DNA of 64,000 nucleotides from Chrysomallon squamiferum (GCA_012295275.1 CM022671.1:28520001-28584000), one strand, 5' to 3'. Shown: positions 1-62,178, numbered from the stretch's first letter. Numbers and translations are program-made. Notes: a model not told the origin generated them from the sequence alone.

Positions 1-712
1 TTATTGACAGTAGTGACAGGTATTTTGATCAAATCAGGGAATGTTTGGCTTCTGAAAATGTATTTCCAACTACTGGAGTAGGTTCTTGATTACTGACACC
101 ATGTTCCTGACTACTGACAGTATGTTCCTGACCACTGACAGTATGTTTCTGACTGCTGACAATATGTTTTTACTGCTGACAATGTGTTCCTGACTACTGA
201 CAGTATGTTTGTGACTACTGACAATACTGTTCTAATTCTGACAATATGGTTCTGACTTGTGACAGTATGTTTCTGACAATTGACAATATTGTTCTGACTA
301 CTGACAAAATTGTTATGACTACTGACAAAATGTTGGTACTGTTGACATTGTGATCCTGACTACTAACAGTATGTTTGTGACTACTGACAATACTGTTCTG
401 ACTCTTGACAATATGGTCTTGACTACTGACAAAATGTTTCTACTGCTGACAATATATGTTTGACTACTGATGATGTTACTGACTGAATTACTAAGTGCAG
501 GCAATACAGTCCTGACTTCAGATTATTTTCATGACTACAGGCAAAATGTTCCTGACTACTGACACTTTTCCCAAATACTGAAAATACATTCCTGACTACT
601 GAAAGTATTTTCATGACTGCTAACAATATGTTCCTGACTAGTGACAATATGTTCCTAACTAATGACCATATGTGCTGACTACAGACAATATGTTCCTGAC
701 TACTGACAATTT
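1..712. repeat. Minisatellite, about 21-bp unit (consensus near ctgacaatatgttcctgacta), roughly 30 diverged copies, apparently truncated by the window start
   Basis: ctgaca/gacta recur every 21 nt or so. This explains the 7-aa periodic ORFs 319..504 and 423..647. Confidence 0.9.
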
Positions 713-1890
713 ATCTAAACCAAACATCCTGAAAGAAAAGCCAAGTTAACAAACTCATGAGGCACTCTTATTGAAATAAACACTTTCTTCAGCCATCTTT
801 ATTTTCTTAAGAGCAGCCATTTACCAAAATTCAATTACCTTAGCATTCTCTTTTACCGTTTTTCAGTGTTGCTAAAGAATATCTATAGGTTTCGTTTATC
901 ACACTTCAGTCAAGTGACATCATGAGGCAGAAACCAGACTGTTCTTGATTAAACGATACTCTGTTGTTTAAACAAACATTTCTTCTTCTTCTTCTTCCTT
1001 ATGGATTTAGACAGCTTCAAGCATACATGGGTCATGCCAGTCCTTGGTTAAGAGTTTGTTTCTGTCTGGATCTGAATTAATGAAAACAGTTCTAAAATGA
1101 GTTAGAGTGATCTGACACATTCGACAAAAAGGAAGCCTTGCTGATTGTTTGCCGAATCAATTCTAGAAAACCAAATTAAAACATCGACTGCTTGCAAATG
1201 CAGATAAGTTTTAGTTATTATTGTTGCTACTGTAAACCATCTGGGGTTTTTAAGAAAAAACAGTTGTTATTACGTTTTGTTTGGGCTTATTGTTTTTTTT
1301 TTTTTTTTTAATTTAAAATATAATGAAAAATTGTAAGTTTAATAAAATAAATTGAGTAAAAATTATTCTAAATTATTTTTTGTACTGGTAATCTAATCAC
1401 TACACATTACCAAGTCAAGATATAAGACTAATTTTAATAAATTTTACAGTTGTTTCATAATGTTAATGTAGCATAAAGGCTTCTTTGAAATGTTATTAAG
1501 AAAATTAAGTTCAGCCACAGATTTCCCAGACACACTGTCATATTCCTGTCTAGTTTCAGCTTCTTTTTTCTTTTTTTTTTTTTTAACTCGACTTTAAAAA
1601 AAATATATAATCACCAAAAATAAAAAGAAATTTCTAGTTGTTCATGTACAGGGCCACATCAAGGATTTTAGGAAAAGGGATTAATATTACTTTCAAGATT
1701 AAGTGGAATTTAACTGTTTCATTTTAGGCCATTGTTACTGCCAACTTCTTCAATATCTTGAGAAACATATTTTTATTATTTTTTATTATATGAAGTTGGG
1801 TTAATACTGAAATAAATTAATAGTTATGGGAAATTTTATTTCTTCACAAGACATTTAAACAACAATAACAATAACGACAACAGTAATTGT

Positions 1891-1934
<44 letters not shown>

Positions 1935-4900
1935 CAATAATAATAACAATAATAATAAACAATTACTGAAAAAAAACCCCAGATAACTGTATTGGTGAAG
2001 CAAGTCCAGGGAGGTGCTTACAATTTGGATTTTTCAAAGCTTTCTGAGTAAAACAAATTACAAAAAAGAATGAACTCTGAATAAGTCAAAATGAAAACGG
2101 TGCAAGCATTTTTACCAAATATTTGCATCCTAAAAACATTGATCTTTTACAATGCACAACTGGGTGGAAAATCAAGTTGTAATGAAGTACGAGAAGGGAG
2201 GTCGAAGCGTCATTTCTGCAGCAATTTCCTTTCTCTCTGGTGGAAAAAAAAGACAAACTGATTTCTGGCGAGCGAACCGAACATTTCTTGTGGTTGAAAG
2301 TCTAAATGCCCTGACAAAGATTGTTGTCTGGATTGTTTATAGGATTGCTGGGAACTGCTCAATTAATAGGAAATTGCTACGTTTTCACCAGACTTGCCCA
2401 TCAAATTAGAATTACTTTCAAGAAATCTGTGCTTAATGTCTCGGAGATTAACAGCCCTGCCAAAATACAGAAGTGTAATTTGTCCAAAAAATAAAATAAA
2501 AAAATAAAAAAATAAAAAATAAAAAGTAAAAAATTAAAATTAAAAAATGCATTAAGCACAGATGTAATTAGGTAATTTTTCTCTTTAACACACTTGTTGG
2601 TTTTAATGCATCAGATGATCTGAAGATAGAGAAGAGAATTAATCTTTATTTAGGATTTATTTATCGTTTACTTTTATTCCTTTTCCTTCATACTTAAGTT
2701 TACTGAAGGAGTATCTTCTTGAGTTTGATTAATGTTTATGAAAGCTAAAAAGGACTGAAGTAAAGGCAGCAAAACAGTAAGCTAAAAAGAATGTACATTT
2801 ATGTCAGAAAGAGAGGGGAGAGAAAGAAAGAGGGACATAGAGAAAGAGAAAGAGAAATGAAGAATGGCAAAAAACTTTCTTTGGCTATATAAAATTTCTA
2901 TGTCTTTCTATATATATGTATCTATATCTATCAATTTATCTATCTATATATAAATTCAAGTTGCTCTTTATATTTAGTGTACAGCCAACGCTTTTATTAA
3001 TATGAAATGTTTTTTGTCAAACTGTTCTATGGTTAACAAATATAAGATGGTTATATTTGGCTCTTTAACAATGCATAAATGAATGGAAAGAATTAATCCA
3101 AAATTAATCATTAATGCTTAGAGCTAGACAGAAATATTGGTAAATGTTATAGCAGTACAAATAAATATTTGATCTTAATAACTAACCATTTCGTGCATGA
3201 ACAGTTCAGAATTATTATTTTAGTTATTTTATGACAGTTTTGTTCTAACAGTTTAATTACGTCCTAAAATTATAAAAATTAATCATTTACCGTATTCCAT
3301 AATCAATTTCCTTCTGCTAATTTTAAAATTAAAAAATAAATAAATAAATTAAAAAAATTATATTTAATTTTCTCTAAGATGTCTTCAGTATTTTATCTTG
3401 AAAATGAATTAGTTTCTAAGTTTTTCTGCTGTTACATGTTTAAACAGAATCAAATTAATCGATGCTGGCACAAGATTCCTTTTAGAAATTTAAGCCGATC
3501 ACAGGTTTCTTTTATAATATTACTGCATCTGATGTTTAAAGAAAAGTTTAAAAAAAAAAGAAAAAAAAATAGTTATTCATTTAAGATTTTATTATTATGT
3601 TTTAAATGTGTTCTCAGTTAAAACAATATTATAGTTCTGCTTATAAAACACATTCGTTTTTAATTATACATCTTTATTAAATCAATATCCCAGTCTCCAC
3701 AAAATGAAAAATCTGTAAAATATATTTAACTTTTAGCCAGCTCAGTGTGTTCTTTTATACTAGGACTTTATAAATAATAATAATAAGAAGAAGAAGAAGA
3801 AGAAGAAGAAAAGAAGAAGAAAAAACAAAAACATTGTTAATGATAATGATGTCACTGATAGTAATGATAATGATAATAAGGAAGTTTTTATCTTCAGATA
3901 CAGCGATAGCAGACCATTATGCACTAGATGCATCACGAATAGTCACAGATCTACCAGTGAATGGAAGCCCACCTCCAACAATATCAACATCAATAATACT
4001 GATGATAAAGACAGTGATGATGATGATGATGATGATAACAATGACAACAACCAACAGTTCATGTGATTGGTAAACACTAAGAAATTTTATGATTTACCAA
4101 TCAATAATTTTTTTTTTTTTCTCCTCAGAAAATGATTAGTCACTTAGCTCAGTCCATCCCATTATCCATTTCCCCAATTACCCAGTGAAGTATTTCTGGC
4201 CACATGCTTAAGGTTTCCTGGAAACATCTTGAAAACATTCTTGCAGAAGTTCAGCAAAAAGTATGCTAAAAGGCAAGTGTTTTGTAACATCATTAAACTG
4301 ATGCACCATTAGCAAATACATTTTCAGACACATTGAACGAAAAAAAAAGATGACACTGAAATCATTTAAATACTGTTTAATGGGACATTATCATGATATT
4401 TGTTAGTCTCAGGGGTCTGGTTTGAAAGGAAATAATAAAAGATTTTCACAAAATCCAAAATCTCAACCAAGAACTTTTATCATATGTAAAAATAAAACAT
4501 GGGACCATGAAAGGACAAAAATAAATTAAAGATATTGTTTTATTTTTTTGAAATTTTCAACCAGCTCCAATTTATTTTACATTAAGTAACACACACACAC
4601 ACACACACACACATGGACACGTATGCACAGAGAAATGAAGATGATTGCTGTTTATTTACATGGTAGCATGTTTAAAGGTTTCAGAACCTAATGACAGAAA
4701 TTCAAGAGGTTAATCATCATTTTTGTTCCTTTTCATTTGATTTTATAATACAACTATGAGGAAAAACCTGCTGCCATTAATCTCATTTTCTTACCAGATA
4801 GAATAAAGCATTACATAGGTGTTCAGAAGTTCTTTCTGGAAGGGAAAATAGCTCATTGATCTTATACTGAATCTATCCTGTGACTGATCCATCATTCATC

Positions 4901-7900
4901 AGCTAAAAGCTCTACCACATTTAATTCTAATAAAGGTACCTTTTTTTTAGCTTGCAGGAGTCAGACATTTCTGATATTATTCTGTTACAACTTCATAATG
5001 CCAACAAAGAAATGTGAAATTTAAATAAATATTATTTGAAAGTTACGACAGTTGGATTCACTGCTACTCTTTTATATATTCACCAAACTGAGTTGGATTT
5101 ACCAATAAAGTTACATTAAAAAAAAAAGAAAAAAAGGTTATGTATTTCAGAAATGTTCCATTATTCTGAATTAACAATACACTCCAAGGAACCTGACATA
5201 TGCTAACCTCACTAAAAACATACATAGTTTCTTTTAACCATTCATCATTTCTCACAGAAACTAATAACTTGGAATGACTGCTCAGTTATTAAAAGTTACT
5301 GTATGTTTTGAAGAAACTCAGTGCCAGAGTATGCATTCGACCATAGAAATATGTTAGAAACTTTGATGCTTCAGCGATTTTTCTGAATGAGGAAAAAACA
5401 TATTCAATAAGTTATATTAGTCGTGTTCCATATTGGTTATTGTAGGATTCCATTGAAAAGTTGATGGTTTATTAAATATGGCTCATATAATGCTAAGTTA
5501 GAGGATTTCAGAAACATCAGTTTTGTTTATTTACATTCATACTTTATTAATCTAACTCTCTTATAAGAAAAAGAGAAATATAGAAAGTTTAAGTGAACTT
5601 TTATCATTATATTCTTTCCTATATTATATAAATTAAGACTTTCTATTATCAAAATGAAAAAAAAAAAAAAAAAAAATTAATAATAAAAATAAAATAAAAA
5701 TAAAAATAAATAAAAAATAAAAATAAATGAAAATAAAAATATTAAAAATAAAAATTAACTGACTAAATAAATAAATTTAAATAAATAAAATTAATCTAAA
5801 AAATACAGCTAAGAAACAAACAAGCAAAAAAGAAAGAAAAAAAAAAAAGAAATTAAATAAAAAGAAACACAAACAAACCAAAAAGAATAAGAAATATTTT
5901 TATCATTTTGGAATTCCATAAATGAAAAGAAAAACAAAGAACAAAAAATAACAAAAATAAACCTAGATAAATTACCCATCAAATAATAAAAATAATACAA
6001 AAATAATAATAATAAAATAATAAACAAAAATAAATTTAAAAATAATAAACAAACCAAGACAGTAAACGAAATTTATTTTTTAAATTCTATAAATGAACTC
6101 CCTCCCCTTAAAAAAATATATCATAAACAACAATACAAAGAATTTTGAGAAAAAAAACAACACAAACCAAGTCAGATTTTTTTCACATGTATAATATGTA
6201 CATATTTTATTGCATACATACATGACATCATCAGTAATAAAAAAAATCCTCTGTGGAAGCATTTTCTTTGTTCAGTAGACACCTCAGATAAGCTCGTTAG
6301 TCAAATTACCTGAGTATAAAGGAAATCAATTTCACGCCTCAGTCTCTTTGTGCTTTCAACCCTAAAATCTTTTCACTTTATTATTAAATTATTTTTGGCT
6401 CGTTAAGTAAACTTTTGTCAAGGCTGCCTTGGTAATAAAAATAACATTTGTTATATACTGAATATTTACATCATTGGACAAAGGTATTTTTCCAGGTGAC
6501 TGAAAAATTAATAAAAAAATATAATATGTATAAATATAAATTGGAAAAAAAAAATAAAAAAGAAAAGAAAATAAAAAATAAATAAATAAGTGGAGGCTGC
6601 TCTTGGGTACAAGTTATCATAAAAATTCAATATTTATTTTAAGCTTATCAATTTTTTATTTCATTCATTATTATTATTATTATTTTTTTTTCATTCTCAT
6701 AAAAACCTTATAAGAATGTTTCATATAAATTAAAAAATAAATAAATAAATAAAAATTAAATTAAAAAATAAATAAATAAATAAAAATAAAAATAAAATAA
6801 TAACAATTGACTGGATACTAACAACACACAGTAAACAGATATCTTGAATAATTCATTGGTAAATCCTAGTAAAATATTTTCTACCTGAACAGGTAAAAGC
6901 AAAATGAATTATAAAACACCATTGTAAAGAATTAATATCTGTTTGTAATTATTTGGACATTTCAGCCAATACTGGTAAGTAAATAAATTATAATACTTTT
7001 ATTGTACCAGTAGCATTACTGAACAAAATAATGAAAAAAAAAAAAAAAAAAAAACAAAAACAAAAACAAAATACAAAAAATAAAAAATAAAAATAAAAAT
7101 AAAAAAGTAAATACTTCTACAGTATTAAATGCTTAAAGAAAATTTTTATATCCGATGTTGAAAAGACTTTTTATTTATCTTTTTACAGTTAATTTTGAGT
7201 TAATTTTGTGCCTTTTAAGAAAAAAAAAAAAAAAGAGAAATAAAAAAAAGAATAACAACCAAAAAAACAACAAAAAACAAAACAAACAAATAAATAAATA
7301 AAATAAAACTAAACAACAATAAAATAAGAAAAAAAGAGAAAAAAACCTATTATTAAATTAAAAATTAAAAAAGCTTGAAAACTAAATAAAAATAATAAAA
7401 ATGAAAAATTACTGTCATCCATCAAAGAAAATAATAAATTAAAAATAAAAATACAAACAATATTGAAATACAAATATATATATTTTTTTCTTTAAGTAGT
7501 GAATAGTTTGAAATATGTCAAGTAAAATGTCCTATTAAAAAATATACTAGATAATAAATGAAAAAGTTGTGAAAAATGTTTTAAACATTTAATATTTATA
7601 TATATAACACTATCTGCAATGAGATATTTAAACAATCAAGAAAGTACAGATTTAAGTACATTATATAAAATCTGCTTAACAGAAAAATGTGGTTTGAATA
7701 CAGCAATGTCTACATTATTTCAATAAACGATAAACAAGAATGTTGCTTAATGAATACTGATACAAGTTACTGAACAATCATCACACTGTAAGTTTTCTAG
7801 TTTTCCCACTCAAATCTGTGCATCCATCATCACCTTACAATTTATTATTAGATATTTAATACTAACACGTTACTTTCTTCCGATCAGTGAAATATATATA

Positions 7901-10464
7901 ATATCAATTAAAGAAAATCATTAAAATATTTTGAAAAGATAAAAAATTAAACTTATAACTATGTGAAAAGGTTCTTCCATTGAGACAAATGATTAACAAG
8001 CAGGATTGTCAAATGTTTAATTAAGTATTAAGTACTCAAATTTTTATCAGATACACTAATTCTGTTCAAAAGCATTTTCTCATGTTATAACATAAATTGT
8101 GTTCTTGTCAAATTTTTGCATATATAAATCAAGCACTCAGAATTTCTATAAAGTAGCTTTGCCCGAAAGGATTTTTTTTTACATTTTACAGTAATGTAGA
8201 TGGTAATTTGGTGAAGGTTTTTACTTGGACATAAGTAACGTGTTTAGCATTTTCAAGTCTCATAAACCATTCTGACAAGAGTATTAATTTATATATATAT
8301 ATATATATATAAAATGAAATGACACTTCTAGTTAAGAGTCACCGATATCTGATGTGAAACAAATGTTTACAAGAAAAAATGTTAAGTAGCATTTTATACT
8401 GATGTGACAATGGGAAAGTGACATGTAGTAAAAGATTTTCTCCAACAGTTAATGGAGAGAGGATCAATAATATGAGAATATAATGACAGTTTAAACGTTT
8501 GTTAAATATTTTTTTCTTAACACTTCGACCATTTTATATTTTATTTGAAGATGGAATGTGACAGGTACTGACTAATGGATGTGAGTGTAGATAATGTATC
8601 ATCAGAGTGCAGAAAATGTGTTCAACAGAGTGAACTCTGGCTTAATAGTAAATGCACCGTGTCATTAGATGTAGTGGAAAGACGTTAATGTCGTTTGCTT
8701 TTAGACATTCATCTTTTAAAATTAAAGATATAAATACGAGTAATTATAAAAATAATAATAATAATGCAAATATCTTTTCTGTATCCACATACAATTTAAA
8801 AAAAAACAAAAAAATAAATAAATAAAAAAATAAAAATAAGTAAATAAATAATCAATAACACCCACATACACACACACACACACACAAACAGTAAGTTATG
8901 AAACAAATTAATTATATTCTTCATGCATTCATCGCTATCATTTATATTTTTAAATTCTGCTTTCTGCGTTGAACTGAAGAAAACAAAACCAGTTAACAGC
9001 AAGTAATTAAACATGCATACAAAACAGAAAATACTTAATGTAACAGAGTTTGCCTTGGATGTATATGCCTGACTAGTCATTCAGTATGGCTACAGGTCAT
9101 GCAGTTAACAACTAACCTTTTACATAACATCTCTAACAATGACTGTCAGTTAATCTCACCAGTCTATGTTTTCACTATGCAAGCAATTCTTTGAAAGCTT
9201 GACAAGAAAATGTGGAAATGAGACGAGCAGAACTGACAATAAATAAGTAATGGAATCAGCAACAAACAATAAAAAAAGATTAAAAAAAAAAAAAATGCAT
9301 ATAAAATGCAATAGGGCACAAGCATTGCAGGAACTGTAAAAAAAAAGTCTATGTTGCTTTATTTTCTTTTCACTATTCAAGATGTTATGGTGATTGTTAC
9401 TGTTATTTTTCTTTTTTCTTTAAAGAAAGAAAACATCATAACAGCTTAAAGCAGATAGACTTGTAAACTAAAGAAAAAACTTTCAACTTAAAATCTCCAA
9501 CATAAAATTTAAGAATATTTTATTAAAATTCTCATTTCATTGACAATAACATACCTGCCATCTTCATTCAAGTATAAACATGAAAATTAAACTCTCTGAA
9601 ACAGTTTCAGGGTATATTTTTGAAGAAATTCTACAAACTTAACCAGTTTTAATTAAAATAATCTATTAAAAAAACAAACCTAAAAAGCTCTATAAAATAA
9701 AAGCAAATATTGTGTGTCAGTTATTGTTTCAATATTAAATTAAAAAAAAAAAAAATCATTATATGGTATCACAAATAATTACTGTATGATGCCATCCTTA
9801 AATTTTTTTTATAATTTTTATGCATATATTGTTGAAGTCACTTTTCTAAGTAATATTTAGACTGACAACATTCTTAAAGTTATTCTTAAAGTTATTTAAA
9901 ATAAAAAAAAAAAAAGAAAGAAAATAAAGTGAAGATTGTACACTGAGACTTTCCATTTGACTTTAACTGAGGTTCAGTTGAAATTTTTTTTTCTTTTTTA
10001 TAAGGATGGCTACAGCAGTATTAATATGAGGTAATGATATCCTCTCTATCACGTATTTCACCCACCTGTCTGAATATTTATTTGTCTAAAAGAAGAAATA
10101 AAATAATTTTTTGATTTCCATAACTAAAACATTTAGCAAAACCAGCTGAAAAATGTACAACTAAGACAGTTAGTTATAAAACAATAAACAAAAAAACCAA
10201 GAGCAGCCATTATTATTAAGGTTGGTATCAAAACAGCCAGAGGGTATAAAACTAGAAAAAAATTATTTAAAAAAATTAAAAATTAAAAAATATTGCAAAA
10301 GGCTAAGAAAGAGAATAGCCAATCTCAGTAAGGCTTTTTAATATGTTAACAGCCAATCACTGCACTCGTTGCTTGCAGACCAGTCCTCATACTGAATGAC
10401 AATGTAACACAAAGGCACACACAGAACTAGGCGAGACTCTGCCACATCATCAGGCAGGCAACTC

Positions 10465-57250
<46,786 letters not shown>

Positions 57251-58226
57251 CTGAAAAGAAAAACAGTATTAATAAATGTGAATTTTATTAATTAAAAAAA
57301 ATATATAAAATCTTTCTTATCCCACATTTTCTATTTCATAATTGATAAAACAAACAATTGTGTATATATATATATACTTCTCAGATCTTTAATTTGAAAC
57401 CAGTATTTAAAGAAGCAATAAAAAAAGAGAATGAAGACACTAATAAAGCAGATTACTATCATGGACAAACTGACTGATACAGGAAACATTCCAGATTCTT
57501 GGTCAGCAGAATCTGTCAGACATGATCTGAATTCCACTTTCTCCTCAACTGGATGATCTCTTGGGACAGTAAGGAAGTCAAGTCTGATGTTACAATTAAA
57601 CTAAATACAGACACACATGTTGTGTGTTAACCTACAAAATATCCTCATGTCTAAATCTACAGATATTACTGAATCTGAGACAGTTTCCAGTGTCAGTTTA
57701 TAATCAGTTATATCATACATTTAAAAATATAAATTTTTCCTTCCATTAACAAGGGGCTCAAAGAGATGATTAATTAATACACTATCCAGTACTCTCCTTT
57801 CCAGGAGATTTATTATACTTATAACCAAATGACTGGCTTCTTTCCAATAAGATTCTGTACTGGTTGCATTTAAAGACAAAATGATTTGGTTAACGAATCC
57901 AAAGCAGACTCAGTATAAATGTACTGCATGATCTGAAAATAATCCAATGCTTTCAGTACAGACTAATGCAATTAAAATCCTCTAATGGTTTTTAACTTAA
58001 AGATATGTCTAAAATAAATTAAATTTGTGTTTGCTAACATCTTATGATCTGGGTGACCCATATGTACTGGTTATTATTAACACAATTACTGCCATGTGAA
58101 TTAATAATAATGATGATACACACATAAATATACATTTGTAATGATAACTATGCATCACAAAAATAACAAAACATGTTCTTAATTTACACAATTAGGATGA
58201 CTTGGGGCAGTAAGTACAGAACAGTT

Positions 58227-58500
58227 GCAGCAAAGGATGCCAAAAAATGTCATAAGCACTGCTGAAGACACACAAAAATATTACAACTTGTTTTTTGTGC
58301 ACATTAAAACTTTACTGTAAATTACATCACTGATTTTAAATTAGCACAAAATGTAATATAAATTTAGTCACATTTAACATTTTTATATATATTTACTTTA
58401 TACTAATTATTTTTATCTATAATGTTGTTTTATCCATATTCCATATGCAAATTGATGCTTGTTAGGCATAACCAATAACATTTTTGGCATCCCTTGCTGA
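58227..58500. mobile_element. MITE-like non-autonomous DNA transposon (about 274 bp)
   Basis: Inverted termini cagcaaaggatgccaaaaaatgt / acatttttggcatcccttgctg, flanked by the direct repeat aacagtt (58220-58226 and 58501-58507). Confidence 0.6.
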
Positions 58501-61500
58501 AACAGTTATTTTTCATTCATGATGCTTTGGGAATGACAAATGTGTTTTTTTTTTTTTTCATTTTTGTAAAATAAGTATGTATTATATACACTCTGTACAT
58601 AACATTAAGCTTTAATAATACAGTAGTAGAACATATAATTACTGCCTGATTTTTACATAAAATTAATAGTGAAAGATAAATACAACAGAGTTATCTGTTG
58701 TCATATACTAGTATTATAAAAACAGTGTTGTAACATAAAATATCCAAGAGGTTTTTGGAGATATAATAATTATCTACAAACTCTTGACTGTAAGGTTTCC
58801 CCTGAGCCAAGTGTCATAAAGCATATGCACTGTAAAATCTGAGCTCTTTTACTTTTGCTAATTACCCAATTACCTGGACACGTGATATTAATGAAGTGGC
58901 ATACGAGATATCTTACAAAGTAGAAAGGGCTCACCATATACATTGTTAGTACCTCCTACAGTGTCTAACATGCAAAAACAATTTGGCATTCACCATACAA
59001 TACAGATGTGTTACTAATTAGTCAGAAATTCCTGCTTTAGGCATGGTCAGATCTGTTTTGGTGTGCCATATGCCCCTTTCAGTATTTTGTAAATAATAAA
59101 AATACAAAACAAAACTGAAGTAATGAGAGAAAAAGAAAGCTGGCAGTAGAGATATTTATAAGATGACTTTAAACAGATGAATATAATCAAACATTTTGCT
59201 AAGAATGGCATCACAAATTATGTAAGTTTTTGAAATCGTTAAACAATTGTAAACTCTATCATATAATTTTGTTCTCCAAATTTCTGTCTGTATAAAATTT
59301 TAACAATTATATATAATCAATCAAAATTCAGAAAAAAAAAAAACCATGTTCTTTAATAATTTAAACAATAAAATGATAAAGATAATGGAATATACATATT
59401 ATAGACTATTCTGTAGGCAGATTTTGAGCAGAATAATTTGACAAGATCTAACAAAGTTTAAAAAGCAAGCTAAAATATGACAAACTGTAAAGTTGTTAAC
59501 AAACCTGACAACAACAATCATGGACATAGCCTGCAAGTGCCATTAATGTCCTTGGTTGAGAAGCTTGTTAAACTACACTCTTTTTCAGAAATATATTAAT
59601 TTACAGCTTGTTAAACAGAACAGAGACCAAATCATGAACATTTCATACAGTTCCATACTTCATAAGCTAAATCTTCAAGCAGAACTCAAAGAATTTTCTT
59701 CACCCAATTGGCTCGAAGTCAGAACATTCCTATTTACAGCACTAGACTATTTCATTTCTTAACAACTTGTCACTTGTCTGTACACAGTGGTTGAGCAAAA
59801 CCTTATGTAATTAATATAAGGACTGCAGAAACCTTTGTATTCTGTGCCAAACTCAAAACTTGGAATTGTTAATTTGTATATTTTCAGGAAGTCTTTCTTG
59901 CTTCAAAGACTGAACAAGAATTCTTTTAGAAGTTGGGATTTTAGAGGTTTCTAAATTCAACAATGAAAAACTGTCAGTTTGATAAAAATCAAATGAAACA
60001 GAGTGTTTGTATATGTATATCACTCAGTTACAATAGCCAAAGCAATATGGTTTGTGTGTTATTTATTCTGTCTTGCCAAAGTTTAAAGCCAGGTTTCTTC
60101 ATGAGCTGTGTTTAAAGGATAAACAGTCTGTGATGAATAACACACTGACAACAAGCCAAAGAAAACCATGATGCCAGATGAGGAAGCATGATAAAGGCAA
60201 ACGTCAAAAAGACAAGGTTTCAAGATCATCAGTATTTCTAATAATAATATACAGGTATATATAAACACCTGCAAGACATTCAGCTTATGAAACAATAAAT
60301 AAAACTGTTACACAGGGCAATATCTTTTGTTTGACATCTATTATATTACCTGCCATAGATATTATTCTAAATTTGTTTTATTTTCAATAAAGAAAAAACA
60401 ATTATAAAATTATGCTATTGCAAAATTTATTATTTCTTAAATTCTATACTGAGAAAATTTTATTTTGATGTTTTGTGTAACCAAAATTATCTTGTAGATC
60501 CACTTGGTGTCTGAAGCCAGCTAACAGTTCTGAATAACCAACAAATGCAGAGCAACAAACTATGAAGTACATAACAAAAATAGCCTTAGGCCTGTTCATT
60601 CTTCTGCATATTCAGTCAAATGAAAAAAAAGTTAAATTACATTATACTGCTATACAAGAATAGTAGTGCGTCTGTAGCCTTTAGATATCAAGTACAAAAA
60701 TAAAGTAGTTAGGCATTGATCAGCCTTCTGGAAAATTTAAGTAAAAAAAGCTGAAATATGTTGTGCAAGTTTTCTTACCTTAGGTTGGAGATAAAAAAAA
60801 TATATATATATATGTATTTTTAAATGATAAGAAAAAAAAAAAAAAAAAAAAAAAAAAAATAATAATAAAATTAAATAAAAAAATAAAAATAATAAAATAA
60901 AATAAAAAAATAAAAATAAAAATAATATATAAAACAAAAAAATTAAAATTAAAAATAATAAATAAAAATAAAAATTATAGAAAATAAAAATAAAAATATA
61001 TAAAAAAAATTATTTAATAAATATTTAGGAATATAAATAATAAATATGTAATATTATTATTTTTTTTTTTCAATTTTTATTACATATTTCCCAATAATCC
61101 ATTTAAAACAATTCTGGAGTCATTGATTTTTCAAGTTATTTACTGATGCAATTTTAAGCATCTGTCATTAACCTAAGATAACTCATGATGAAAGTGCATG
61201 TATTAGTTTACACAAGGGCACCTCAACAAGGAAGCACTGGTTATTGATTGCAGTGATAAGAGACACTAACTAAATAAGTTGATCACTGGTGATGGAAGTC
61301 TCCTGATAGTTTGTAACAATATCCTGTTACATGGAAGTCAGTACTATTCTAACATTTGTGTAAATGACAACTTCAATCATGCACATTTACAACAAAGGCA
61401 ACAATTCTAAAAATAAAATTAAAATAATGACTCATCATGAAAGACCTGAAAAGAAAATTCACATTATTATACTAACATTTATTTGATAGCAGATTATTAG

Positions 61501-62178
61501 AGAGTTTTTAACTTGGTACCTTCCAAAAAAATCGAAAGAGAGGATTATAACTGTCCTATGGGAGTAAAGTAGAAAAGATTAATTATCTGTTTGAATTTCA
61601 TACAAACCTTAGTTTTTGATACAAAAATAAACAAGTAAATAAACAAATTAATAAATAAATAAATATTAAAAAAAACAAAAACAACATAAAACAAAGAAAA
61701 AAAAAGATGTGTATAAAACAGCAGCAACAAAAACAATAACATAATCACCATAAAAATAAGTTTCATATTTGAAATCAAATTGATTAAAAAAAAAAAAAAA
61801 AAAAAAATTTAAATTACTATCACAAACTTTCTAATGACACACGATTTAATTTCTTCTCTTTGTAACTTCTACCTTATTTGTTTACTTTGCCAAAGTACAT
61901 GTTTAGCATATTTATTTCTAAATTATCTAAAATCATACAAAACTAAAAATAAATCTCATACATACACTTTTATAATCTGGCCGCTTGAAAGAAAAGCCTC
62001 TCACAAGCTGGACTTTATACATACCCGAATATCTAAACCTACCCCCAATTCTTGCAGTATTCATAACTTCACTTTTTAACTTGTATTGTCTGTTTAGAAC
62101 AAAATTCAAAAATCCATACAACCAATTACTGAACCGTACAAACATTAGTAAATGTTACGTCTGCTTTGCGTATCTTAC

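Noticed and set aside
1-712. CRISPR-like or coding interpretation of the 21-bp array
   Set aside because: The units are contiguous and degenerate, with no unique spacers and no cas genes. The context is eukaryotic.
3834-4073. Met-rich 79-aa ORF
   Set aside because: Produced by (GAT)n/(AAT)n low-complexity repeats; no convincing start or splice context.
5640-7480. Hydrophobic F/L/I-rich 'membrane protein' ORFs here and in many introns
   Set aside because: Artefacts of poly-A and (AAAT)n tracts read on the minus strand.
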